A DNA stretch of 64,000 nt from Octopus vulgaris (lineage: Eukaryota), in contig OX597829.1 of NCBI GenBank assembly GCA_951406725.2, forward strand, positions 19,902,001 through 19,966,000, written 5' to 3'. Below the pieces are notes generated by a model that saw only the letters and a program-made list of their open reading frames with translations, made no database searches and was not told the origin of the DNA. Both the position numbers and the translations under genes were made by a program. Each line of letters starts with the position of its first letter. Positions within the stretch are counted from its first letter, which is position 1. Shown in pieces: positions 36,266-49,000 of this stretch.

Positions 36266-39200
36266 GTGCAATTCACCTACCTCCTCCAGTTCTCTTGCAG
36301 CATCAACTTTCCAGATAGGCTATATCTGTAAGTGCTCTACTCACCTAACCTCTGACCGGAACATAACAGCAAATTTCCTTCAGTCTACATATCCATTCAC
36401 CATGACCAATCCAAAGCAAAAGAGACTCATGCAGGTCCTGCTCCTGCTCATGTGACACCCTTCACTTCTTGCCTTCTGATAAGGCTCCTCAGCCATTGAT
36501 GCCACTGACCATTTACTTCTGGTTCACCTCATTCTCACACATCCTCCTGATCTCACTGAATATTGCTCTGTGTGACATATACTAGAATACTTCCTCAAGC
36601 AGTGAAGAAGCAGTTCCTGTTCCACTTATTGAGCATTTCCTTCAGCACCTCCAAGTGGAATACAGTGTCACTGTCCATAAGCAATTCATGCACAAGGATC
36701 TACTCCAGGAACATCTCGTTCAGGATTTGTGCAACTTCATCTGCAGCCCCCATATTAATTTTCCTCCACACCACCATCTACCTTGGTTCACAATTGACCA
36801 TCAAGAGATATGTCCCCTGCTCATAGTGCATCACATCAACCCTGTATCCCATGGCACTGCCAACTGGGTTTTCTTCACCCTGGTTAGGATATCTACCTTA
36901 TTTCTTTATTAGGGCACAAAGACCACACTCAGTTTCAAACCAAATTTGGCAGCTAGCTCTACCAGAATTCCTAGGTGGCACTTTATTAACATCTCTGCCA
37001 CCCTTTTTGTATGTACCCTCCTCTCATCAGTGATTACTGATCCCATCCATCCAAGTACAGTAGCCAAATCAGTTTTGATTTTGATAGTACACAGCCCCCA
37101 TTTCAGGACCAGATTCACTCCCTTCAGCTCTGCATCCAATTTGGTCACATTAATGTGATTGCAATCGTTAGTTTGCCTGAGCCAGGTAGCATCCTCCACC
37201 TTGACACCACCTTCCAGAATGACTTCTATCACTAGGCTGCTAGTATCACACCATATGGTCCCATTCTCTAATTTGGGTACACACCAGCTTCCTCTTACTA
37301 GGTTTTCTGCTCCTACCCTCTCTAGAAACTCCTGCATTGTAGCCACCATCCTCTCTCTCTCTCTTGCTTTGTCTTCCACCCCCAGCTTAACTTGTCTGCT
37401 CATGTCTTGACATAGCTAAACACTGCTCAAAGCCACCTGCAATTGGATAGTAACCTACCAGTCTCCCTAACATCTTGTTTCTTTGCAGTTTGATCCCCTC
37501 AAACCATCACCTCTGGTGGTTAGTCTAAACTGCTTTGGCTGACCTATGACCTCTGCCGCCAACACCATGATCTCTTCTACCAAGATATCAATATAGTAAC
37601 TGGTGGTCTTTTTTACTTTGCCCACCTTTGCCAGTATAGACTTGAAGACCATGATCTTCGGTGCTGAATTCAACCTGGAACCCAACATGGTCAGACAGTA
37701 TGCCTGGCCTTTATTTCTTACCAGTAGATTTTTTTTGTAACTTTTCACCTACATGCAGCTTCTTATATGCCAACTTCAAGTCATCAATCATGCCAGCCCT
37801 CATCATCCATCTTGCAATGTCTCTTTGCAGACATCGATAATCTCACCACTCATGTGACACAATACAGCTCTCAAAAAGTCCGATACTGGCCTGACCTTGC
37901 TCTTCATTGGCTGCACCACTGCCACTAGCACCAACACTCTACTCTTTACTTCCTCCTTCCAAGGGATTAAAATACTCTTTTCCATCCCTCCCTCATAACT
38001 CACTCCTGGCATCTTCTTTCTGATTATGCTGATAACTGCTTACCCTATTCTTCAAAACCAGGGGCTCCCCTTTTCAGCACCACTCAACTATCCACTGCTG
38101 ACCATCTAACACAGCCTGAAAATCCTTATCTACAATGGTGTATGCAATACAGTTCTCTCAGGGGCTTTACTCATTCTCTTGTTGCAAACGTATTAGCACA
38201 TGATGTCCAGCACCACCAAACATAAACTCATCTTCACTAAACTGTGACTCCATGCCCATCACAACTTCAACTCCATCCACCACATGATTGATCACAATTG
38301 CTCACAGCCTTCGTTTTGTTCCCCACACCATCGTCTCCACTTCACTGCTTCCTCTACAACTAATATCTCTGCCATCAATTGCTCTTACACTATTCGTCCC
38401 ACTTTTTAGCCACCTTTGGGGTCGCTAAAGTCGTTGTACAGCCCATCTCCATAAGGATTTTGAACACCTTCCCCCCAACAAAGACCTCAACTATAGGTAA
38501 TGACTATATGTATGCCTCTACTTGCCTGCAGGGGAAGTTAGAGATGCAGTAACTACTCTGTGATTATATCACTGGCTGCAGTTTCTAGTGATATGTCCTG
38601 TCTGCTTGCACCAGTAGCAAATGGGCTCAGGCTTCAACTCATCACAATCCCTTGCCATGTGCACCTAAAACACTGATCTCCAAATGGTCATGGCTGCTCC
38701 ACAGAGGCTCTGCTTTTGTTGTTGCTTATCAGTCACCACCTGACTCTCTAAGCTTCTGTAGCTGCCATCGCCACTGCATTCTGCCTGGTGTTTTGCGTTG
38801 ACATATGGGCTTGAACGATAAGTTTGCATATAGACATCTTGCTGCCTGACAGCTGCACCAATATCTTATCAGAGAAACCATTCACAAATGACAACTGTTC
38901 TGCTTTTCCCAAGCCTTCTCCCATAATTCCAGGGAGCATAGCCAACCTACGAATTACTGCTGCATATATATCACCTGTTCTCCCATCCACCCCATCTTTC
39001 CTAACTTGGCAGATGCAGTGTATGTCTCTTCTGTGAATGTTTCCTTTAAGTGCCATTCGATGTTTTTTTTTTTACATCCAGTTAGTCTACTTCATTCATT
39101 ATGAGGTACAGTGCCAATGCAGAGCCATGAGACCTGCTGGGTTTTCAATGGCTTGCAGCCTGGCCACCACCTTGATCTTCTCTCCCTACAGAAGGGTCTG

Positions 39201-39550
39201 ATGGCATCACTACTGATTCTTGTTTTTGGTGACATATAGAAAGAAAAAAATTAGTGTAGAGGGCACTTTTTCCATGCCACCGGCATAGGTGCCAGGGGAG
39301 GCTGGCAACGGCCATGATCGGTTGGTTCTTTTCATGTGCCACCAGCACGGAAGCCAGTGAAGGCAGCACTGGCATCGGCCACATTCGGATGGTGCTTTTA
39401 ATGTGCCACTGGCATGGGTATCACAAGGCCAAAACAGCTTGCAGTACAATTCACCTACCTCTCCAGTTTTCTTGCAACATCAACTTTCCAGCTGGGTTAT
39501 ATCTGTTGGTGCCCTACTTGCCTAATTTCTGGCCAGAATCTAGCAAATTC
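36266..39550 (-). mobile_element. Second, more decayed Ty3/Gypsy element related to 21462-25448
   Basis: Minus-strand gag (LSFVNGFSD), CCHC knuckle CYWCKQTGHITRNC ~38580-38622, RT (KVRPVSDF, YCLTMLGSRLNSAPKIM, YYIDILV), RNase H (WCDTSS, HINVTKLDA); direct repeats 36266-36375 and 39446-39550 as LTR remnants. Confidence 0.88.
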
Positions 39551-39843
39551 ACTGTAGAACATGTATCCACACACATCTGTAGACTACAACTACCTCAAAA
39601 CATAAGAGACCCACCCCTCAAAATAAGAAAAGAATATATGAAAGATAACGTGAGAAATGTGTGTGTTAGGTATTAACCATCCACTCAACACACCACCACT
39701 TTCTAATGCTATGCTATTCACTTCATGACTTAGATTTGATGAGCCAACAATGGATCCTGTACATGATTGCTCAAGATGCCAGAAATGACAACCAAACTTC
39801 TTTTCATTCACATTCTAACATCTTAAAAGGTGGCGAGCTGGTA

Positions 39844-40200
39844 GAACTTTCTAGGTACAATCCTATGGTCATTCGTGACCGAAGGGGGTCTTTACCCATT
39901 ACTCTGTGTGTATATAATGGCATTGAGAAGGGAGGCTGGTATGCATAGGCGACTGCTGGTCTTCCATAAACAACCTTGCCTGGACTTGTGCCTCAGAGGT
40001 GAACTTTCTAGGTGCAATCCTGTGGTCATTCATGACAAAAAGGGGTGTTTACCCATTACTCTGTGTATATAATGGTATGGAGAGGGGCAGCGGGTATGCA
40101 TAGGCAACTGCGGGTCTTCCATAAACAACCTTACCCAAACTTGTGCCTCGGAGGGTAACCTTCCAGGTGCAATCCCATGGTTATTCATGGCCAAAGGGTG
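39844..40200 (+). repeat. Tandem repeat, ~157-bp unit x ~2.3 (probably a reiterated LINE 3' end)
   Basis: GAACTTTCTAGGTGCAATCC..GGTCATTC.TGAC..AGGGG..TTTACCCATTACTCTGTG..GGTCTTCCATAAACAACCTT..CTTGTGCCTC recurs at 39844, 40001 and ~40157. Confidence 0.85.
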
Positions 40201-42385
40201 TTTTTATTTTATGTAACATAACATTTCTTAAACATAATGCCACGCTATCTTACGTAGCATAACATCTCTTAGACATATCTGCCTTTTGCATAGAGATATT
40301 TTTTGTTACCAGCAGAAGTATCAATTCTCTAAATTTTTTCTAGTTCTTCCTTATTCTAGAATCTGCTTTTGCTGCAACTGTAACCAACAAAATCAGGTCA
40401 AATTATTACATAAGCCATAATTCATTTGGCCAATATCAATGTGTGACATGTGACATTTACTATTTTGAATACTTAATTCATTGTTTGATTGAGTACCAAG
40501 AACAAAGGATCAAGGCTTAGTGGAATTGATCTACTAAAGAAAAAAAGTTGAAATTTCTGCAGTGAGATAAGAATTTATGTTCATGCATTTATTTATCAAC
40601 TTTATTATATCAAAATTTTAAGAATGAATACTGAAAGAAAATGCAATGATTTGGAAATAGTCATATTTCCAAAAGTTATACAAAGATGACTGGCTGATAT
40701 CATTGAGAAGTTACAGTTTTTGCTAGACAGGGGTGAAATGATTGACTGGATAAGGCACTGGAGTTCTAGAATTCAAGAAACAAAAAGGTGCACAGTACAT
40801 TTCAGATAAGTAGACTGATAATCCAAACTAGTTTTCTTCTTCGGGGGAATGTGCATAAGGGAACTCAGGAAAACGTGGGACAAAATGGTGTAAAAGGATC
40901 TTCAGATACTGGGCTTCACTGAGAAAATGACAAGGGACTAGGAGTTGTGGTGATTTGTTCTATTTAAGAAGAAACTAAGTAAAATTGCAATCATCCATAA
41001 ACACAGGTGTGTCCTTTACAGGTGCTGTGCCACATAAAATGCACTAGTACCAGTTCTGCATAAATGCACCTGTGCTGGTGGTATGCAAAAAAGCACCCAG
41101 CATACTCTGTAAAGTAGTTGGCGTTATGAAGGGCATTCGGCCATAGAAACCAGGCCACAACATACTACGGGAAACCGGACAGCTACCTGTCAAACTGTCC
41201 AACCTATGCCAGCATGGACCACAGATGTTTAACAATGATGAAGATGTCCAGTGAAAGTTGTAAAAATATAGTGTGTCTCCTTAGATTGAGTTAAAGAATA
41301 TTACCAGTGGCTGCAACTAATTTTAACATCATTATCATCGTTTAATGTCTGTTTTCCATGCTAGCATGGGTTGGACGGTTCAACCGGGGTCTGGGAGGCC
41401 AGGAGGCTGCACCAGGTTCCAGTCTGATTTGGCAGTGTTTCTACAGCTGGATGCTCTTCCTAACGCTAACCACTCCATGAGTGTAGAGGGTGCTTTTTAC
41501 ATGCCATCACTTTTTACAGGTGCCAGGGGAGGCTGGCGCTGGCATCGGCCACGTTCGGATGGTGCTTTTTATGTGCTACTGGCACGGGCATCACAACTAA
41601 CCTTCAGAAAAAAATAAGACAAGTTCAATAAAAATACATATTTTATTTGAGTTTCAGTTTATTTACATCATTTAAAAAGAAAGGCCTGCTTTTTAAACAA
41701 ATCTATACATAATGATTTTTTGATTTTTTTATATAATAGATGAAGTACAGTTCTTGAATTCAGTGGAAATTTTATTTTATTTTTTTTTAATATGTTAGTT
41801 ACCTTTTGCTGAACTGGCATATGCTTTTTGGGTGTTGTTATTTTTTTTTAATGTTTGACAGCTTATATATACTTTCATATCATATTTTCAATGTAATTTG
41901 GCTTGGTCTTAAGGGCTTAAATGAACTAATATTAACAACAGATCAATGATTCATAGAATTTTTTATGTCTTTTTTTTTTTGCAACATGTACAGTAGAAAG
42001 AAGTGATGTGTGTGTATAACATATGATAGTTTTGTATAATTGTTTAATATTCATGGTCTATGAGAAATGTAAAAAAAAAGAAAAAAGAAAAAAGAAAAAA
42101 TATATTTACACACAAAAAAAGTCTTTGAAAGTCAAGTCACAGAGTCAAATTACTTTACAGGTACATATGAAACTGAAGGTGGGATACTAATTTATAAGGG
42201 TGAAACCAAAAGTCTAAGTGTAAACTATCAAAGCTATTCCTTCAGGTTAAACTTGTAAAAAAAAAATACCTTCGTCTACTGTACCAATTAATATGTTGCA
42301 GAGAGCCTCTGACAAATAAGAATATACCTATACATATAAAAAACAGTTAAAGGATTAACTGTAATAGAACAAAATAATAATAATC

Positions 42386-42850
42386 ATGCCTCCTCATTGA
42401 TATGACTGTCCAAATTGATATAAACATATCAGTCAAGACCTACCAAAAACTGAGCAAATACAAAGGTCTTAAATAGAAATTAGCAAAATGTGGAACCTGA
42501 AGACTTAAACAATACCTGTTGTCATACGTGCCCTGGGAATGATAGCAAATGGGGCTGATTACTACCTAGCTCAGATACCAGGAAACACTAAAATGGCAGA
42601 AATTCAAAAGATAGTACTCATGGGAACTGCTCATATCCTACGCAAAATACTTTCTATGTAATCTCAAGTTTTAAAACAAACATAATTTTCTTATGGTTTC
42701 TTAAACATTCTCTAGAATAACACTATGTACAAAACCAAATATATGGCACCCTAGGCATAACACCAACATGAACTTCCAGCTTGTTGTCTCTTGAGGTCTC
42801 TAGGTGAGACTTGGAGCCAACTTGTACAAATGTAAAGCAAAAGTCAAACA
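42386..42850 (+). mobile_element. R4/Dong-clade non-LTR retrotransposon 3' fragment (restriction-like endonuclease) in a (TAA)n site
   Basis: Broken frame CLLIDMTV.IDIN.SVKTYQKLSKYK..ISKMWNLKT..IPVVI.ALGMI..IQKIVLMGTAHILRKILSM*; AATAATAAT on both flanks. Confidence 0.85.
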
Positions 42851-44449
42851 AAATAATAATAATAAATAATAAAGATGTCTTGAATGAAACAGATGGGAAA
42901 CAATTCCTTCAAAACTATGAAATTGTCAAAGTTTGGGATTAACAAGAAGATCTTGAATGAAGCCTGTTGACCTTAGTAACAGTAACTATACTAATAATAT
43001 AAAAAAGTTATTTTAATAACACAACATCAGAATTGTCTCATAACATAAAATTAAAATATGAGATGGAGTGGCTGTATAGTTAGGAGGTTCACTTTGCGAT
43101 CCTGTGGTTCCTGGTTCACTCCTACTGTACAGACAACTTGGCAAATGTTTTCCATCAGAGCTGGAGGTTGACTAATACCTTTGGTTGACAGAAACTTCAT
43201 GGAAGTTTGGCGAAAATAAGTGTGTATTTGTTTCTGTGTATTTTGGTGCAAATTCCCCGTGATGTTGTTTATTTCCTACTGGGAGGTACCTCCCTCACAA
43301 GGAACATAACCAAAGATAAACATAGCCATTTGATAAATAGAGAAGAATAAAATAAATATCAAAGTACTAGGGTTGATATAATATATTAATACTCGTGGAG
43401 ACAGTACTGCAAGCATGGATGAAGTTCAATTATTGATGCCAGCAAATGATAAAAGAATTAAGAACAGTATAAGTATTGCACTACAATAAAAGATCATATA
43501 TACAAATGTAAAACATTCTTAAAATATGAAGTATAAAGTATACTTAACATATAAACAGCCAAAGAAAAGTGAAATGGCAAACATATGAGTTGTTAATAAC
43601 AGAAATAATAAAATTATGAAACATAAAATGATTTTTCTTCTTCTTTTTTTTTAACTTAGTCAACTGGAAAGTATTGAAAATGGAATCCTAAAAGGAGATA
43701 ATACAAGAGTATTTTAAGAAAAGAGCAGAATACAAGACAACGGAGTAGAAAAGAGATAGCAAGGGAGCATCTACATGGCTGTTCAACCTACTAAAAATAG
43801 CAGCCAAATTTTTCTCACATCACAGCCTACATTCTTAAAAAAAAGGAAGTATATATCGGTTAATGCAGATCCAGATATACAAGGAGGGATGAGGATGATC
43901 ATGGTTCGATCATAAATTTGCTTGATGAAGGCCAAAATGGTTAAATTCATGAATTTGGATAAGTTTAGTATGTCAGAATAAGTCTAGTACATTCCAGAAC
44001 TGACACTTTATCAGAGATAAGATTTAAGAAGAAAACAAAATTATTAACTGTAAACTATCAGATTCTTCTCCTCCTGATAGTATACAAACTTATGAATTTT
44101 AATGTATAATTTTTGGCAGACACACACACACATGTATGTATGCACACACACACTCATGCACATATACACTCACCCACATTATTACTATTTTAATGCTTGC
44201 GTTTCAATGTTTACTTATATCAAGCAGAATTAACTGAGACAGATTTATGTCAGCAACTATCACCATTTCCCAACTAGTTAATATTTCCTGTGGATGGACA
44301 TATATTCACAGAAGATTGGAAACCAATGATGCTGCCTGCAAGAAGGTGATGCTTGTTTACCGTAAATCCTCGAGTATAATCCGCATTTTTTTCCCAATTG
44401 ATGTCAAGCGATGTTGGGGTGACAAACACAGACACACAAACATATACAC

Positions 44450-44488
<39 letters not shown>

Positions 44489-46014
44489 CGATGGACTTCT
44501 TTTCAGTTTCCGTCTACCAAATCCACTCACAAGGCTTTGGTCAGCCCATGGCTATAGTAGAAGACACTTGCCCAAGGTGCCACGCAGTGAGACTGAACCC
44601 GGAACCATGTGGTTCATAAGCAAGCTACTTACCACACAGCCACTCCTACGCCTATCACATGTTTATATCAATTTGCATTTCCATAACGTCACATGTTTGC
44701 ACCAATTTAATAGGTGAACCAGGAAATGTTGAATGAATTGTCCTACCTAGAAATAGTCAGTTATGCTTGATTGTTTAGTTTAACACACTATCTGTTAAGG
44801 TTATTTTTTTTTTTTATTTGACAGTTAAAGACAGGACAATATTTAAAATAACAAAATAAAATTGCTCATTTTACACACACACACTGGTTTTGTGCTAAAA
44901 AGTGGGTTCAGTGCTGCGCAACTCTTTATCTACACAAATTCACAGAGGAACTTCCTGGGCTTTTGAAATGTTTGCACGGACTTACAGAATTTAGGAAGTG
45001 GTCTTACATGTTCACAAGTTTACTTTCAACACACACACATGCTCACTCTAATACACGTGTGTGTGTGTGGTTCTCTATCAATTTCAACAAAGATTCAGTT
45101 GTTTGATTAATTGAATCATTTGCTTATCGACTTAACTCGTGTGTGGCCAGGCCATTCCACAGACAAGTGCAATATTAAAGTAATTCTCAGGTGGAATCAC
45201 CTACAAGATACTGCATTTGACAAGGCTTTACCTTTGAATTACAGGTACAATCTACATGATATACTTCTACATAGTTTCTTATTTCTTTATTGCCCACAAG
45301 GGGCTAAACATAGAGGGGATAACACAAGGACAGACAAAGGGATTTAGTCGATTACATCGACCTCAGTGCGCAACTGGTACTTAATTTATCGACCCCGAAA
45401 GGATAAAAGGCAAAGTCGACCTCAGCGGAATTTGAACTCAGAACGTTTAGACAGACGAAATACCTCTAAGTATTTCACCCGGCAAAGTAGCGTTTCTGCC
45501 AGTTTTCATCCACCCAATTTCATTCACAGGTATGAGTCAATTCAAGGCTATAGAAAATAACATTTACCCAAGATGGTATGCACTGTGATCAAACAGGATG
45601 CTTCTTGGTTACAAAGTAAACATGCTGACCACTTAGTTATACTGTACCTATATGTATATATATAATTTTATGGAAGCAGATATTCCATTAATGAAACTCC
45701 AAGGGTTGCTTTTTGGTTCATTAGGCAGTTCTCACTCAACATGGAATGTAGATTTATATATACTCTTTACTCTTTTACTTGTTTCAGTCATTTGACTGTG
45801 GCCATGCTGGAGCACTGCATTTAGTTGAGAAAATCGACCCCAGGACTTATTCTTTGTAAGCCTAGTACTTATTCTATCGGTCTCTTTTGCCAAACCGCTA
45901 AGTTATGGGGACATAAACACACCAGCATCGGTTTTCAAGCGATGTTGGGGGGACAAACATATACAAACACATACGTACGTACGTACATACATACATACAT
46001 ACATACATATACAT

Positions 46015-46049
<35 letters not shown>

Positions 46050-49000
46050 TATATACAACAGGCTTCTTTCAGTTTCCGTCTACCAAATCCACTCACAAGA
46101 CTTTGGTTGGCCTGAGGCTATAGTAGAAGACACTTGCCCAAGGTGCCATACAGTGGGACTGAACCTGGTACCATGTGGTTGGTAAGCAAGCTACTTACCA
46201 CACAGCCACATATAATTTAGGTTCTTTTAGTAAGTTACAAAATATTTCAAAGTATACACATAATTTGATTAGTTGTTGGGAAGTGATAAAAAGCATTGAA
46301 CAATACAAATGTAAGAAGTAGGTATAAAGAAAGAAAATTGGAAAATGAAAACAGAAAAAAAACAATGCAGCAAAGAACATGAATTGCAGTAAAACAGAAT
46401 GGATTTCTTAAAGGGAAATTGATTAAATATTAGAGATGAAAAATAGAGGTAATAATTTAAGAAAATTAAAGGTTAAAAAGAATCTATAAACTTAGAAAGT
46501 TTTTATATCAGTGAAGCCTGCGATAGAAAGATGAAGACACCGGGGATAAGAGTAAAAAGAAAAGCATGAGGTATATGTTTTATTGCGTAGTCAATTGTTT
46601 TTAAAAGGACTTGTACTGCAGATTTATTTATAAAGAAGACTTATACTGTTTATACTTATATAGTACATACTTTTACAGTCACTAAACAGAAGCTAAAAAT
46701 AAGAGAGAAAATGAAGTGTAGGAGAAATTTAAGGAATGCTATAAAATTATATATGATATGGCATACATATGAGTAAGGTAATTGTAAAGTATTATTTATG
46801 ATAGCACAACATAGTTATATAAAGTTATGAAAATGTATGCATATGAAATATATATACAGAGCAATGTATGTGCCAAAGTGGTAACCCTATTGTGTATATT
46901 TGTATAGCATATTTGAATAATGTAATTAAATAATTACCAATATGGTAATTTATAGTATAGCAATTTAGAGTTCTTCAATGAAAATTAATAGCTATGTCTG
47001 AATATTCCTATAACAGAATAAACTTTCTAGTCTTTCAGAGAGGCACAAAACACAAAAATGGTTGTAACATGATACAAAATTTCTTAATTTGATGTGGATG
47101 TTTAGTGTGTTTGTCTTTCTAAATCCAAATATATTTCGACAAAGTAGTTTCTGATCATTTGATTAGGTGTTTAAAAATGTAGTGTTAGTCATATCTTAAT
47201 TTAAACAAGTTAAACTTTAAACTGGTGTAGTCTAAAATAATAACTGGTACATTTTCTACTCACATTTTTTTTTTATTGAATTGAATAAATATGAATTTAA
47301 TTTAATTTTCTTAAATATTGCCAAACTACTACAAATTGTCGTTTGTTGGACATCAACCATTTAAAAGACATTACATAAGTTTTAAGCAATTGCATAGTTA
47401 AAAGGTATTAGGATTATAGGAAGCACAAGTTTTATTATTTTTAAGATTAAAGTTCAACAAGGATTCAGTAAAATTACCCATGATGGCTGCCCTTAATATT
47501 TTACAAAAATATTTTTCAAAACTCTACAGTATGATATTTTGTTTTCTATTTGTTATCCATGTAGCATTATTGTTATTGCTCTGATGATAATAATAGGTTA
47601 TAGTAATTGGATGCTAGTAAGTTAGAAGTTAATGCTTTGGTATATTTTCTTAAATCTAAGCTGGTGGGTGGTTTGAATACATATAAATATATTGTAAAAT
47701 TTGAATTGGTTTTCCATAGGAATGGAAGCTATGAGATATTGCATGATTAATTCAAAACAATGTGAATAAATAAGCATTACATTTGACAGAGTCATCTGAA
47801 TGCTAATGGATTAAGATATGTGTTGTCAATGATTTTCAAGTTTAAATATTTAAATTTATTGCAAATTTTTCAGAAATATATCTGTTTGTGAGTTAATAAT
47901 TTTTAAAAGCCATTATCACAGTATAAACTATTTGCTAAAAATATTATGTTTAGGTGCAATATACAAAGACAGATTAATTTGCAAATTTCTGCCAAGTCCA
48001 TTAAAAGTTAAAGTTAATATCAAAGGAAGTAATACCCTTTTTCTTTATCTCCAAGTTTTTGTCAAAAAAATAACAGTGATTTCCTTCCACGTAACATGAT
48101 TTTAATAATGGAATACGAGAACATGACTGGTAGTGGACATTGATGCTTTGTGAAGAGTTTATTACTTGAAAGGTAATAATCTATGCTATCAAACTGGATA
48201 AATTCATATTGTTGATTATTATTGATGTTATTGGACTATTTTGTAACTAAAATACTTTTGTTCCATAACAATAAATTACAAACTTCTTTTATTTTTATGC
48301 CTATTTTGCATGAAAAATCTTTTGCAATTTAATTGACTTTCAGTTGGATTCATACATTTTGTAAATGGGTTTCTCAGGAAATTAGTTTAAGATTCTTAAA
48401 TGTGATATACAGTTTGCATAGTGCTAAAGCTTCAATAATTTCATTTCTGTTTAAGTGAATTACAATCTTTTCATATCCAAAGTTAATAGAATCAAGAGTG
48501 GTGTTATTCATATTTCTGTTCTTTTTTTTTTGTTCTTTTTTTTTATAAATCCATGGTGCTTTTTGATAGAAAGAGTGATTTGCTTCATAAAAATATTTTG
48601 CTTTGTCTAATTGTACAAAAAATTCATATTCTTCATCTTTTCCTCATTTTTTTTTTCCTCTCTTAACTTTTACCTCTTACACTATACTGTATTTGATAAA
48701 ACATTAAGTTTTTTACACACTCTATTCATATCAATTACCAACAACCAATCAAATTATATATCTTTTCAAATCTTTTTGTGACTTACCAAGGGAACACAAA
48801 CTCTGTGTGTGTGTAGATGTTCTAAATTAAATCACTAAAGTCTGATAAGTCACACAAGTGAAGTTCCAGCTACTTTTAAATTTTATAGTACTCTATATTG
48901 GTTATTGAGCACTTTTAAACCTCTGTTTTAATTATTCATTTGCATGTGCGTGTGTGTGTGTGTTTTGGATATGACCTTATTACACTTAAATGTAGTTTTT

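Noticed and set aside
40360-40520. Phase-1 open frame after a good acceptor (ESAFAATV..QYQCVTCD..) as SIVA1 exon 3
   Set aside because: Too few cysteines and no Siva-like spacing.
42161-42245. Phase-1 open frame GTYETEGGILIYKGETKSLSVNYQSYSF as an exon
   Set aside because: Weak pyrimidine tract and donor; no homology recognised.
44228-44345. Exon-like segment and ORF 44247-44717
   Set aside because: Matches a dispersed repeat also seen at ~10510 and ~11090, then runs into a SINE.
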